DNA of 64,000 nt, taken from Candidatus Shapirobacteria bacterium (lineage in GTDB: Bacteria > Patescibacteriota > Microgenomatia > UBA12405). The notes under the pieces are model-generated. The model did no database searches. It saw only the letters and a program-made list of their open reading frames with translations, and was not told where the DNA came from. Of this stretch, positions 28,017 to 37,416 are shown piece by piece. Where the stretch lies: assembly GCA_041661765.1 (NCBI GenBank), contig JBAZTV010000001.1, positions 300,791 through 364,790 of the forward strand, written 5' to 3'. The translations under genes and the position numbers were made by a program. Each line of letters opens with the position of its first letter. Position 1 is the stretch's first letter.

Positions 28017-29033
28017 ATGAGTGTTCAATATCATCAGGAAATATTTTCAAATGGAAATATTGTTTTAAAGGTAAATTTTTCAGGAATTAAAGATAATATA
28101 ACAACAGCAACTGATTTAAGTATGTCTTTTTATGCCTATAATAAGAAGACGTGTCAACCAATATTTTCTGAGACATTAAACTTTGAACAGATAAAAAATT
28201 TATACGAATACTTAAATCGAATTTCAATTATCAAAGATTCATCAAAAACTATCACGGGCAAATTTGTTGAAGCCACAGGAGAAATTTTAGAATTATTAGA
28301 CGGTCTCAAAAATATTGATCCAAAAATTTTAAAAACTATTTTACTTAAACTAAATGAGGATGAAAAAATCAAAACTCTTTTAGAATCTCTATCTGAAATA
28401 GATTTAGAAAACCTCTCTGCGGCTTATAAACAAAAAAAATATCAAACGGAATTAGAAAATCTAAAAAAACTCCTAGAGTTAGAAGAAAAAAGCAATATTG
28501 TTGATGATATTAAAAAAGATGAAAGTTTAAAATCTTATGAGGCTGGACAGCCAGAAAAAATATTTCAAAAATGGATTGAACAGAATTTGTGGGTTTTTGG
28601 AGTTGAATATATTAAAAAACACAACGAAAGAAAGATTGCATTATTTAGTGAAGCTGACATTTTAATGGAATCAGCTGATGGGTTTTTGGATCTTATTGAG
28701 TTGAAAAGGCCAAAATATGAAATATTTCAATATGACACAAGTCATAATAGCTATTATCCATCATCTGATTTATCTAAAGTAATCGGTCAATGTTTATTTT
28801 ATTTACAGGAAATGGACGATCAAAAAGTAGTTTTAGAAAAAAAATACAAAGTAAAAATAATAAGACCTAGAATTAAAATAATTGCTGGAAGAACTTCGGA
28901 ATTTAAAAACGAACAATTTGAAGCGTTAAGGATGTTAAATTCAAATTTAAATTCCATTCAAATTATTTCATATGATAATTTGTTGGCATGCGGTCAAAAA
29001 ATAATATCTTTATATAAGGATGATGTAAAATAA
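28017..29033 (+). CDS. sduA: Shedu anti-phage nuclease SduA (DUF4263)
   Basis: 'EKIFQKWIEQNLWVFG', 'ADIL', 'IELKRP', 'SSDLSKVIGQ', 'IAGR', 'ISYDNLL'. Confidence 0.82.
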   Translation: MSVQYHQEIFSNGNIVLKVNFSGIKDNITTATDLSMSFYAYNKKTCQPIFSETLNFEQIKNLYEYLNRISIIKDSSKTITGKFVEATGEILELLDGLKNIDPKILKTILLKLNEDEKIKTLLESLSEIDLENLSAAYKQKKYQTELENLKKLLELEEKSNIVDDIKKDESLKSYEAGQPEKIFQKWIEQNLWVFGVEYIKKHNERKIALFSEADILMESADGFLDLIELKRPKYEIFQYDTSHNSYYPSSDLSKVIGQCLFYLQEMDDQKVVLEKKYKVKIIRPRIKIIAGRTSEFKNEQFEALRMLNSNLNSIQIISYDNLLACGQKIISLYKDDVK

Positions 29034-29036
29034 CCT

Positions 29037-30233
29037 ATGACCCTTATCTATATCCTCCTAATTCTAATTTTAATCGCCCAGGTTTATTTAATTCTTAAAT
29101 CAAAAAACACCGATAATACGGCGGAATTAATAAAAGAGCTCGATAAAATTCAAGTTAAATTAGAAAATTCCATCAAACAAGATTTTTCCCTAAATCGCCA
29201 AGAGTTAGGCACATCTTTTAATAATTTCTCCATTAAACTCGATAAACTTATCACTGGAATTAGTACCAATCTAAATCAAGTCCGCGAATCTATTGAAAAA
29301 CGACTTGAATTAATTCAAAAAGATAACTCTGTTCAACTTGAAAAAATGCGGGTTACTGTCGATGAAAAATTACAAAGCACTCTGGAAAAAAGACTAGGGG
29401 AGTCATTCAAACAAGTCAGCACTCAACTAGAATCAGTTTACAAAGGTTTAGGCGAAATGCAAACTTTAGCTGTTGGTGTCGGCGATCTCAAAAAAGTTTT
29501 ATCCAATGTCAAAATTCGCGGAACTTGGGGTGAAGTTCAACTCAACAGTTTATTGGAACAAATTTTAACTAACGACCAATATGATAAAAATGTGGCCGTC
29601 AAAAGTGGTAGTGCCGACCGGGTCGAATTTGCCATCCGTCTTCCCGGTAAAGACGATGAAAACAAGCAATGTTGGTTACCAATTGATTCTAAATTTCCAC
29701 TAGAGGATTATCAAAATTTAATTAAAGCCCAAGATGCCGTCGATTTGGTTCAAATCGAAATTTCTTCAAAAGCTTTGGAAAACAGAGTTAAAACCGAAGC
29801 CAAATATATTTTTGATAAATATATCGACCCACCCCATACCACCGATTTTGCCATCCTTTATCTTCCTATCGAAGGATTATATGCAGAAATTACCCAAAAA
29901 CAGGCATTAGTTGACACACTTCAACGACAATATCGGGTCACTATTGCTGGTCCAAACACCATTGCCGCCTTGCTCAACAGTTTGCAAATGGGTTTCCGCA
30001 CTCTTGTTATTGAAAAAAGATCTTCAGAAGTTTGGTCGGTTCTCGGAACCATTAAAAAAGAATTTGGCCTTTTTGGTGATCTTTTGGTTAAGACCAAAAA
30101 GAAACTTCAAGAAGCTACTAATACCATCGACGATGCCAGTTCAAAATCCAGAACTATCACCAGTAAATTAAATAAAGTCCAAAGTCTTACCGAAACTAAG
30201 GAAGAAAAAATAATTAGTTCTCTCCATGAATAA
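29037..30233 (+). CDS. rmuC: DNA recombination protein RmuC
   Basis: 'RGTWGEVQL', 'PIDSKFP', 'PPHTTDFAILYLPIEGLYAE'. Confidence 0.93.
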   Translation: MTLIYILLILILIAQVYLILKSKNTDNTAELIKELDKIQVKLENSIKQDFSLNRQELGTSFNNFSIKLDKLITGISTNLNQVRESIEKRLELIQKDNSVQLEKMRVTVDEKLQSTLEKRLGESFKQVSTQLESVYKGLGEMQTLAVGVGDLKKVLSNVKIRGTWGEVQLNSLLEQILTNDQYDKNVAVKSGSADRVEFAIRLPGKDDENKQCWLPIDSKFPLEDYQNLIKAQDAVDLVQIEISSKALENRVKTEAKYIFDKYIDPPHTTDFAILYLPIEGLYAEITQKQALVDTLQRQYRVTIAGPNTIAALLNSLQMGFRTLVIEKRSSEVWSVLGTIKKEFGLFGDLLVKTKKKLQEATNTIDDASSKSRTITSKLNKVQSLTETKEEKIISSLHE

Positions 30234-30528
30234 GAAGTTTTCCTATTATTCTCTTACTCTTGCGTCTATTTTCTTAATTTTCATCAATTTAGTTTCACCT
30301 GAACTTCTTTGGTCAAAAATAATTTTCTTTTTCATTATTTTTTGTTTCTTTTTTTCTACCATTTGCATTTTTTCTCAAAAATATTTAGCCAGTTTAATCA
30401 AAGCAATCTATTTAACTTCACTAGTTTTGCTTTTATTTTTCCAACAATTTAACACTATAAATATAATTCTTATTTCAATTATTTTGATTGTTTTTTTATT
30501 TCTAATATCTAAAAAAACAGTTTCATAA
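30226..30528 (+). CDS. Small multi-pass membrane protein
   Basis: Almost entirely hydrophobic; overlaps rmuC stop. Confidence 0.6.
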   Translation: MNKKFSYYSLTLASIFLIFINLVSPELLWSKIIFFFIIFCFFFSTICIFSQKYLASLIKAIYLTSLVLLLFFQQFNTINIILISIILIVFLFLISKKTVS

Positions 30529-30643
30529 GTTTTTTGATAAAATACCCCACAACTAAATTTTCAGTAAAAACATTGAAAATATTGGTGTTCGCACCTTCAC
30601 ATAAATAAAATCTAAATTTAAAAAAAGAAAGGATGTTTTTGTA

Positions 30644-31366
30644 ATGGACTCAAAAGACAGAATCATTATCCCTATCGACAACAGTGGTCTCTACAAGGCT
30701 ATCAAAACAGTAGAGACACTAAAGCCCTATGTTGGAATGTTTAAATTTGGTTTAGAGATGATTACCTTTATAGTAACCAAAATAGCAACCACAGGGGATA
30801 TTACTTTGGCTAGAAAAGTCAAAGAATTATTTACTCTTGTCGAGGGTCAATTGTTTTGGGATGGCAAATGGGCAGATATTCCTAACACTGTCGGTCAGGC
30901 CGCTTTGGCTATTCAATCGTTGAATCCTAAATTAATCAATATTCATGCGTCATGCGGTGTGACGGCTATTAAGGAGGTGGTTAAAAACAAAGGGTTTAGT
31001 CAGGTTTTAGGAGTTACGGTTTTGACTAGTATTGACTCAGAAGAATGCGTTTCGATTTTTGGAAATAAACCAGGAATCAAAGTTGTTGAATTTGCCAAAT
31101 TTTTGATTGATTCTGGAGCTGATGGAATAATTTGTTCACCACAAGAATTAAGATTATTGGAAGGTTTTCCTTTAATAAAAGTTACTCCAGGGGTTAGACC
31201 AGTATGGGCATCAGTAAATGATCAAAAACGAGTTATGACCCCAAGTGAAGCAGTTAAAGCTGGTGCTGATTATCTTGTTATCGGCCGGCCTATTACTAGT
31301 CCACCAAATGGCATAACTCAGTTAGAGGCAGTTAAAAAAATAATTGAAGAATTGGAGGCAGTTTAA
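30644..31366 (+). CDS. pyrF: Orotidine-5'-phosphate decarboxylase
   Basis: DxKxxDIPNT ('DGKWADIPNT'), 'VTVLTS', 'VTPGVRP', 'DQKRV', 'GRPIT'. Confidence 0.93.
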   Translation: MDSKDRIIIPIDNSGLYKAIKTVETLKPYVGMFKFGLEMITFIVTKIATTGDITLARKVKELFTLVEGQLFWDGKWADIPNTVGQAALAIQSLNPKLINIHASCGVTAIKEVVKNKGFSQVLGVTVLTSIDSEECVSIFGNKPGIKVVEFAKFLIDSGADGIICSPQELRLLEGFPLIKVTPGVRPVWASVNDQKRVMTPSEAVKAGADYLVIGRPITSPPNGITQLEAVKKIIEELEAV

Positions 31367-32046
31367 TGAACAGAGTTATTCTTGATCCCTATAAAATATT
31401 AATCAGCCATGACGCTGTCTATCAATCACCAGTCAGTGCTAATGGAGAACTCCTCGGACCTTTAGTTGGTTATGCTGGCACTTATGTTAACGACAAAGGA
31501 GAAAAGGAAAACTATGTCGGTTCTGCCTATTTTAATATGGCTAAAGTAGAGGAAGATTCCTTTACTAGATGTTTTTTTGCGGATAATTTAGCTTGTCAAA
31601 TAAAGGAAAAGTTCTCCATATCATTAGTCCTCATTGGAGCGCCAATGGGTGGAATAATTTTTACTGTAACCATCGCCGACATCTTAAAAAGTCGGGCGAC
31701 TTTTTTTGAAAAAAAAGAATCAGAATTAGTTTTTAACCGCCACACCCTCAAAAAAGGTGACAAAGTAATATTGGTTGAAGACCTTGTAAATAATTTCTCT
31801 ACCACTAACAAAATGATTAAAATTGTCACAAATATGGGTGCTGAAGTTAAAGCCATTGCTTGTGTTTTTAATCGATCACCTTATGATAATTGGGAAGGAA
31901 TTCCGGTGATATCAGTCATTCATAAATCTGCCCCAGAGTTCAAGCAAAATGACCCGGTGGTTAAAAAATTAATTGAGGCCGGCAATATTGTCTGGAAACC
32001 AAAAGCCGAATGGCCTAGGCTCAAAGCAGCTATGCAAACTGTCTAA
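31366..32046 (+). CDS. pyrE: Phosphoribosyltransferase, probably orotate phosphoribosyltransferase
   Basis: PRPP-binding 'VILVEDLVNNFST', 'GAPMGG'; coupled to pyrF. Confidence 0.7.
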   Translation: MNRVILDPYKILISHDAVYQSPVSANGELLGPLVGYAGTYVNDKGEKENYVGSAYFNMAKVEEDSFTRCFFADNLACQIKEKFSISLVLIGAPMGGIIFTVTIADILKSRATFFEKKESELVFNRHTLKKGDKVILVEDLVNNFSTTNKMIKIVTNMGAEVKAIACVFNRSPYDNWEGIPVISVIHKSAPEFKQNDPVVKKLIEAGNIVWKPKAEWPRLKAAMQTV

Positions 32047-32071
32047 TAAATTAGGTTTTATGTATGTGATT

Positions 32072-32114
32072 ACCGGTAGGTATTTTGTTTTCAAACAAAA
32101 CATCTACCGGTTTT
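32072..32114 (+). terminator. Long hairpin terminator after pyrE
   Basis: ACCGGTAG..TTTTGTTT-TC-AAACAAAA..CTACCGGT followed by Ts. Confidence 0.8.
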
Positions 32115-32126
32115 CTATTTCCCCTC

Positions 32127-32163
32127 TTGACACCAATTAGCACTCAGTCTATTATATTGCTAA
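32127..32163 (+). promoter_or_regulatory. Sigma70 promoter overlapped by CIRCE operator
   Basis: TTGACA (32127)-17 nt-TATTAT (32150); TTAGCACTC-N9-TATTGCTAA (32137-32163, right arm 7/9 of consensus) just before hrcA. Confidence 0.88.
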
Positions 32164-32164
32164 T

Positions 32165-32902
32165 ATGTCAGATTTAACTCAAAGACAAATAAAAATACTC
32201 AAATGTGTAGTCGAGGAATTTATTGAAACTGCTGATCCAATTGGATCTGAAACTCTCGAAAAAAAATATGCTTTAGGTATTTCTTCTGCCACCATCAGAA
32301 ACGAAATGATAGCTCTTACCCAGCTTGGTTTTTTAAAAAAAGGACATCTTTCTTCTGGTCGCACACCAACTTCAATGGGTCTCAAATATTATGTCCGAAA
32401 TTTAATGACCCCAAAAAATTTGTCCGTCAGCGATGAAATTGGTGCCAAAGAAAAAATTTGGGAATACCGAAATGAATTTGATCGTTTACTTCGTGAAACA
32501 ATAAAAGAGTTGGCCCAACGCACTCGCTCTATGGCCATTGTCACCACCGATCAAGGTACTATTCATAGCTATGGTGCTTCAAATTTATTAGAAGAACCAG
32601 AATTTTTTAATATTGATGTTACTAAAACAGTCCTATCTCTAATCGACAATGCCACTTTTTGGTATCAAATTGTTGGTAAAGCTGGAAGTTTAAATCCAGA
32701 ATCTTCCGAAATAGTTCATCTTTTAATTGGTGAAGATCTCGGAATGGAACATCTCGAGCCGTGTGGTTTTATTTATCAAAATTATGAATCTGGTCCACAT
32801 AGAGGGATTGTTGGTATAGTCGGTCCAGCCCGCTTTAAATATTCATACGTTGTCCCAGTCGTCGATTATTTTGCTGAGTTACTTTCCACTGTTAGTCGTT
32901 AA
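32165..32902 (+). CDS. hrcA: Heat-inducible transcription repressor HrcA (short form)
   Basis: 'PIGSETL', 'SSATIRNEM', 'SSGRTPT', 'GIVGPARF'. Confidence 0.92.
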   Translation: MSDLTQRQIKILKCVVEEFIETADPIGSETLEKKYALGISSATIRNEMIALTQLGFLKKGHLSSGRTPTSMGLKYYVRNLMTPKNLSVSDEIGAKEKIWEYRNEFDRLLRETIKELAQRTRSMAIVTTDQGTIHSYGASNLLEEPEFFNIDVTKTVLSLIDNATFWYQIVGKAGSLNPESSEIVHLLIGEDLGMEHLEPCGFIYQNYESGPHRGIVGIVGPARFKYSYVVPVVDYFAELLSTVSR

Positions 32903-32909
32903 TAAAAAT

Positions 32910-33368
32910 ATGCCAAAAAATCAAAAGGTAAAACATATCAGTTCTAATAACACCGAATTATTAGAAAAAATCACTTCATTAGAAGAAAGATTAGCCCGAT
33001 CTTTAGCTGATTATTCTAATTTAGAAAAAAGAATTGATTCTCAGCGTCAATTATTTATTACTTTAGCCACCACCTCCATTTTAAGCAAAATGGTTGAAGT
33101 TTTAGATAATTTTTATTTAGCACAAAACCATCTCAATGACCCAGGACTTAAAATGGCTATTGATAAATTTGATTCAGTTTTAAAAACTGAGGGTTTAGAA
33201 GAAATTAATCCTTTGGGCTTAGAATTTGATCCACATTCAATGGAATGCATTGAAACTGTCGAAGGCAAAGAAAATTTTGTCATCGAAGTTAAAAAATTAG
33301 GTTATAAATTAAACGGTCATGTTGTCCGACCAGCCCAAGTCTCAGTTGGTAAAAATTTGCCAAATTAA
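32910..33368 (+). CDS. grpE: Nucleotide exchange factor GrpE
   Basis: 'ADYSNLEKR', 'FDPHSMECI', 'GYKLNGHVVRPAQV'; ATG at 32910. Confidence 0.93.
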   Translation: MPKNQKVKHISSNNTELLEKITSLEERLARSLADYSNLEKRIDSQRQLFITLATTSILSKMVEVLDNFYLAQNHLNDPGLKMAIDKFDSVLKTEGLEEINPLGLEFDPHSMECIETVEGKENFVIEVKKLGYKLNGHVVRPAQVSVGKNLPN

Positions 33369-33379
33369 ATAATTAAACC

Positions 33380-33405
33380 GTAGAGACGACCAATATGGGC
33401 GTCTC
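33380..33405. repeat. GTAG-type REP (imperfect) between grpE and dnaK
   Basis: GTAGAGACGACCAATATGGGCGTCTC. Confidence 0.82.
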
Positions 33406-33464
33406 AAATAAAAAATTTAAAAATAATTTTATAAATTAAAAGTTAAAGATTAAATAAAAAACAT

Positions 33465-35372
33465 ATGTCAAATAAAATCATCGGAATCGATCTTGGCACC
33501 ACCAATTCCTGCGTAGCAGTTATGGAAGGTGGTTCTCCAAAAGTTATTATCAGTTCAGAAGGCCGCAATACCATTCCTTCTATTGTCGAGCCAGTTAAAA
33601 AACTAGTTGGCGATTTAGCTAAACGACAAATGGTTCTTAACTCTAAAAACACTATTTATAGTGTTAAAAGATTAATGGGCCGCCGAATGGACGACCCAGA
33701 GGTTAAAAAAAGTCAAGCAGCTTCTCCTTATAAGATAGTTGCCGGTAAAGACAATACCGCCTGTGTTGAAATTGATGGTAAAGTTTATACCCCTCAAGAA
33801 ATTTCGGCCATGATTTTACAAAAATGCAAAGCCGACGCTGAAAAATATCTCGGCGAAAAAGTTACAGATGCTGTCATTACTGTCCCAGCCTATTTTGATG
33901 ACTCCCAACGACAAGCCACTAAACAAGCCGGAGAAATTGCCGGTCTTAATGTTCAACGAATTGTTAACGAACCAACCGCTGCTGCTTTAGCTTATGGTTT
34001 AGATAAAAAAGGTAATGAATTGGTTGCAGTTTATGATTTAGGTGGAGGTACTTTTGATATTTCCATCCTAGAAATTGGTGGTGGAATTTTCGAAGTCAAA
34101 TCCACTAATGGTGATACTTTCCTCGGCGGTGATGATTTTGATCAAAAAATTATCACTTGGATTAGTGACGATTTTCAAAAACAAAATGGCGTCGATTTAA
34201 GTAAAGATCCTCAAGCTCTTCAACGTGTTCGAGAAGCTGCTGAAAAAGCCAAAATCGAGCTCAGCTCTGCCGCTGAAACAGAAATTAATTTACCTTTCAT
34301 CACTCAAAAAGACGGTCAACCACTTCATTTGACTAAAAAACTGACTCGATCCGAATTGGAAAAATTAGTCGATGATTTGATCCAAAAAACCATTGGTCCA
34401 GTTGAAAAATCTCTCAAGGACGCTGGTGTGTCTAAAAACGATATTAAAGAGATAATTATGGTTGGTGGTATGACTCGTATGCCTAAAATTCAAGAAGTTG
34501 TTAAAAATTTCTTTGGTAAAGATTTAAATAATACTGTTAATCCAGATGAAGTCGTTGCCATCGGTGCTGCTGTTCAAGGTGCTGTTTTAACTGGTGAAGT
34601 TAAAGATGTAGTTCTATTAGATGTCACTCCTTTAACTCTCGGCATTGAGACTGCTGGCGGTGTTCGTACCCCTCTGATCGATAGAAATACCACTGTTCCT
34701 ACTAAAAAATCTCAAGTCTTTACCACTTATGCTGACAGTCAACCCCAGGTGGAAATCAATGTTCTTCAAGGTGAACGACCAATGGCCACTGATAATAAAA
34801 CTCTAGGCCGCTTTGTTTTAGACGGTATTGCCCCAGCTCCTCGTGGCATGCCTCAAATTGAAGTCACTTTTGATATCGACAGTAACGGTATTCTCTCTGT
34901 TTCTGCCAAAGATAAGGGCACAAATAAAGAACAAAAAATTACCATTCAAAACGCCACTAATCTTAAAGAAGAAGAAATTGAGCAGATGAAAAAAGAAGCT
35001 GAAGCTCACGCTCAAGAAGATGAAGATCGAAAAGGTCTAGCTGAAGCTAAAAATAAATTAGACGGTACCATTTTTTCTGGTGAAAAAACTTTAAAGGATT
35101 TTGCCGATAAAGTTAAACCAGAAGATAAGGAAAAAATCGAAGCTCAACTTAAGACTGCTCGAGAGATTTTAGCTAAAACTGATACTAATAAAGATGAATT
35201 AGATAAAGCTTCAGAAGAATTAAACCAAATTTTACAAACAATTGGTGCTGCTATTTATCAACAACAGGCTCCGCCAACCGGTGGTCCGGAAGCCGAAGCT
35301 CAACCAAAAGCCGAAGAATCAAAATCAGACAATTCTAAAAAAGAAGCTGAAGAAGGCGAAGTCGTTCAATAA
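33465..35372 (+). CDS. dnaK: Chaperone DnaK
   Basis: 'GIDLGTTNS', 'TVPAYF', 'DLGGGTFD'. Confidence 0.98.
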   Translation: MSNKIIGIDLGTTNSCVAVMEGGSPKVIISSEGRNTIPSIVEPVKKLVGDLAKRQMVLNSKNTIYSVKRLMGRRMDDPEVKKSQAASPYKIVAGKDNTACVEIDGKVYTPQEISAMILQKCKADAEKYLGEKVTDAVITVPAYFDDSQRQATKQAGEIAGLNVQRIVNEPTAAALAYGLDKKGNELVAVYDLGGGTFDISILEIGGGIFEVKSTNGDTFLGGDDFDQKIITWISDDFQKQNGVDLSKDPQALQRVREAAEKAKIELSSAAETEINLPFITQKDGQPLHLTKKLTRSELEKLVDDLIQKTIGPVEKSLKDAGVSKNDIKEIIMVGGMTRMPKIQEVVKNFFGKDLNNTVNPDEVVAIGAAVQGAVLTGEVKDVVLLDVTPLTLGIETAGGVRTPLIDRNTTVPTKKSQVFTTYADSQPQVEINVLQGERPMATDNKTLGRFVLDGIAPAPRGMPQIEVTFDIDSNGILSVSAKDKGTNKEQKITIQNATNLKEEEIEQMKKEAEAHAQEDEDRKGLAEAKNKLDGTIFSGEKTLKDFADKVKPEDKEKIEAQLKTAREILAKTDTNKDELDKASEELNQILQTIGAAIYQQQAPPTGGPEAEAQPKAEESKSDNSKKEAEEGEVVQ

Positions 35373-35384
35373 TAATATTATTCC

Positions 35385-35412
35385 GTAGAGACGCCATGCA
35401 TGGCGTCTCTAC
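35385..35412. repeat. GTAG-type REP between dnaK and dnaJ
   Basis: Perfect 28-nt palindrome GTAGAGACGCCATGCATGGCGTCTCTAC. Confidence 0.92.
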
Positions 35413-35442
35413 TTGATGGTTGATGATGTTAAAATAGACCTT

Positions 35443-36297
35443 ATGAAAAAAGATTTTTATGAATTATTAGGTGTTCCTAAAACTGCCACCAAAGAAGAAA
35501 TTAAAAGCGCTTACCGTAAGTCAGCTCTTAAATTTCACCCCGACAAAAACAAAGCTCCCGATGCTGAAGATAAATTTAAAGAAATAAATGAAGCCTACGA
35601 AGTTTTAAGTAATAATCAAAAAAAATCGGCTTATGATAAATTTGGACATGCTGCTTTTGATCCATCTTCAGGTGGCTTTGGTGGTCATACCTACACTCAG
35701 CAAAATGGTCCTAATTTTACCTACACCCAAGGCGGTAACCCATTTAGTGGTGCCGATTTTGATTTTGGTGGGTTCAGTAACCCTTTTGATATTTTTGAAC
35801 AATTTTTCGGTGGTTCTTTTGGTGGACAACAAAGCCGAGGTAAAAGAATTGAAACTTACAAAATCTCTCTTTCCTTTTTAGAAGCCGCCAATGGTTGTCA
35901 AAAAGAAGTTTCCATTGACGGTCATAATAAAACTATTAAAATTCCAGCCGGTGTTGATGATGGTCAAAAAATTCGTTTCTCAGAATTTGTACTTTATATT
36001 GATGTTCAGCCAGATAAAGTTTTTAAACGTGACGGTAATGATGTTTTTATAAATATAAACATAAAACTAAATCAAGCCATTTTTGGTGAAACTATTGAAG
36101 TTTCTACTCTCAAAGATCCACTCAAAGTGCGTATAAAACCAGGCACTCAACCAAATACCTTAATTCGTCTTAAAGGACAAGGGGTTAAAGATGTAAATGG
36201 CTACGGACAGGGTGATTTTTATATCCGTCTTTTTATTGAAATTCCTACCAAACTAACTTCCCGCCAAAAAGACCTATTAAAACAGCTCGATTTGTAA
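35443..36297 (+). CDS. dnaJ: DnaJ-family co-chaperone lacking the zinc-finger domain
   Basis: J domain with HPD, G/F-rich region, C-terminal domain; no CxxCxGxG repeats; ATG at 35443. Confidence 0.88.
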   Translation: MKKDFYELLGVPKTATKEEIKSAYRKSALKFHPDKNKAPDAEDKFKEINEAYEVLSNNQKKSAYDKFGHAAFDPSSGGFGGHTYTQQNGPNFTYTQGGNPFSGADFDFGGFSNPFDIFEQFFGGSFGGQQSRGKRIETYKISLSFLEAANGCQKEVSIDGHNKTIKIPAGVDDGQKIRFSEFVLYIDVQPDKVFKRDGNDVFININIKLNQAIFGETIEVSTLKDPLKVRIKPGTQPNTLIRLKGQGVKDVNGYGQGDFYIRLFIEIPTKLTSRQKDLLKQLDL

Positions 36298-36345
36298 TTT
36301 TTCTGGTATAATCTAACCATAATTATTTTGCAGTGTTTTAAACCC

Positions 36346-36369
36346 GGGGCTGAGAAAAGCCCCTTTTTT
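36346..36369 (+). terminator. Attenuator-like terminator in nusA leader
   Basis: GGGGCT-GAGAAA-AGCCCC-TTTTTT between TATAAT (36307) and SD AAGGAG. Confidence 0.78.
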
Positions 36370-36391
36370 GATACTGCTAAAAGGAGATAAT

Positions 36392-37384
36392 ATGGATTTA
36401 AAAAAACTACCTAAAACAGAATTTGCCGCAGCTGTGGCTCAAATTGCTGGCGAAAGAAATATTGATGTTCAATCTATTTTAGATTCAATTGAATTTGGAC
36501 TTATCTCAGCGTATAAACGTGACCAAAAAGAACATGGCACCATTGTCCCAGACGAAGATATTTTTACCGCCGAATTAGCTCCAGAAACCGGATCATTCAA
36601 GGTCTACAAAATTGATGGTGATAAAAAAACAGATGTTACTCCTCCTGGTTTTGGTAGAATTGCTGCTCAAACTGCTAAACAAGTTATCGACCAAAGAATC
36701 CATGAGGTTGAAAAAGAATCAATTGTTTCTGAGTTTGAAAAGAAAATGGGAACCCTTATCTCTTGTATTGTCTTAAAAAACGATCCTTACAAAATGGTTG
36801 TTGGTGTTGGTAAGACCGAAGGAATTTGTCCAAAAGATGAGCAAATTAGAGACGAAATTATTCCTCTTGGAGCTAAAAAATTATTTTTATTAAAAGAAAT
36901 CATTCGTGACGAAACTGGTCGCAGTGAAATCATTTTATCTCGAAGAGATAATGCTTTCGTTAAAGAATTATTTTCTCGCGAAGTTCCAGAAGTTGCTAAT
37001 GGTTCGGTTGTAATCGAAAAGATAGCGAGAACCGCTGGCGAAAGAACTAAAGTTGCCGTTTCTTCAAACCAAGCTGGAATCGATCCAGTTGGTTCTTGTA
37101 TTGGCCAAAAAGGTTCTCGTATTCAAGCAATTTTAAGTGAATTACCAATGGAAGAAAAGGTTGATGTAGTCGCTTTTTCTCAAAATATAACTCAATTTAT
37201 TACTCAAGCTCTTTCTCCAGCTCAAAATGTCAAAGTTGTTGAAATCAAAAACAACTGTGCTTTTGTCACTGTTCCAGAATCGCAATTAGCTCTGGCAATT
37301 GGCGGTGGCGGTGAAAATGTTCGCTTGGCTGGTCAATTAGTTGGCCTTGAAATAAAACTTACCGACGATAAATCTTCTAAGTAA
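36392..37384 (+). CDS. nusA: Transcription factor NusA
   Basis: 'FGRIAAQTAKQVI', 'IDPVGSCIG', 'LAIG..GENVRLA'; SD AAGGAG before ATG 36392. Confidence 0.95.
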   Translation: MDLKKLPKTEFAAAVAQIAGERNIDVQSILDSIEFGLISAYKRDQKEHGTIVPDEDIFTAELAPETGSFKVYKIDGDKKTDVTPPGFGRIAAQTAKQVIDQRIHEVEKESIVSEFEKKMGTLISCIVLKNDPYKMVVGVGKTEGICPKDEQIRDEIIPLGAKKLFLLKEIIRDETGRSEIILSRRDNAFVKELFSREVPEVANGSVVIEKIARTAGERTKVAVSSNQAGIDPVGSCIGQKGSRIQAILSELPMEEKVDVVAFSQNITQFITQALSPAQNVKVVEIKNNCAFVTVPESQLALAIGGGGENVRLAGQLVGLEIKLTDDKSSK

Positions 37385-37416
37385 TTTTGTTTCAGTTATT
37401 CCTTTAAATTCAAAAT

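Noticed and set aside
32121-32132. CCCCTCTTGACA as another family-2 repeat copy
   Set aside because: No second arm; explained as the -35 box of the hrcA promoter
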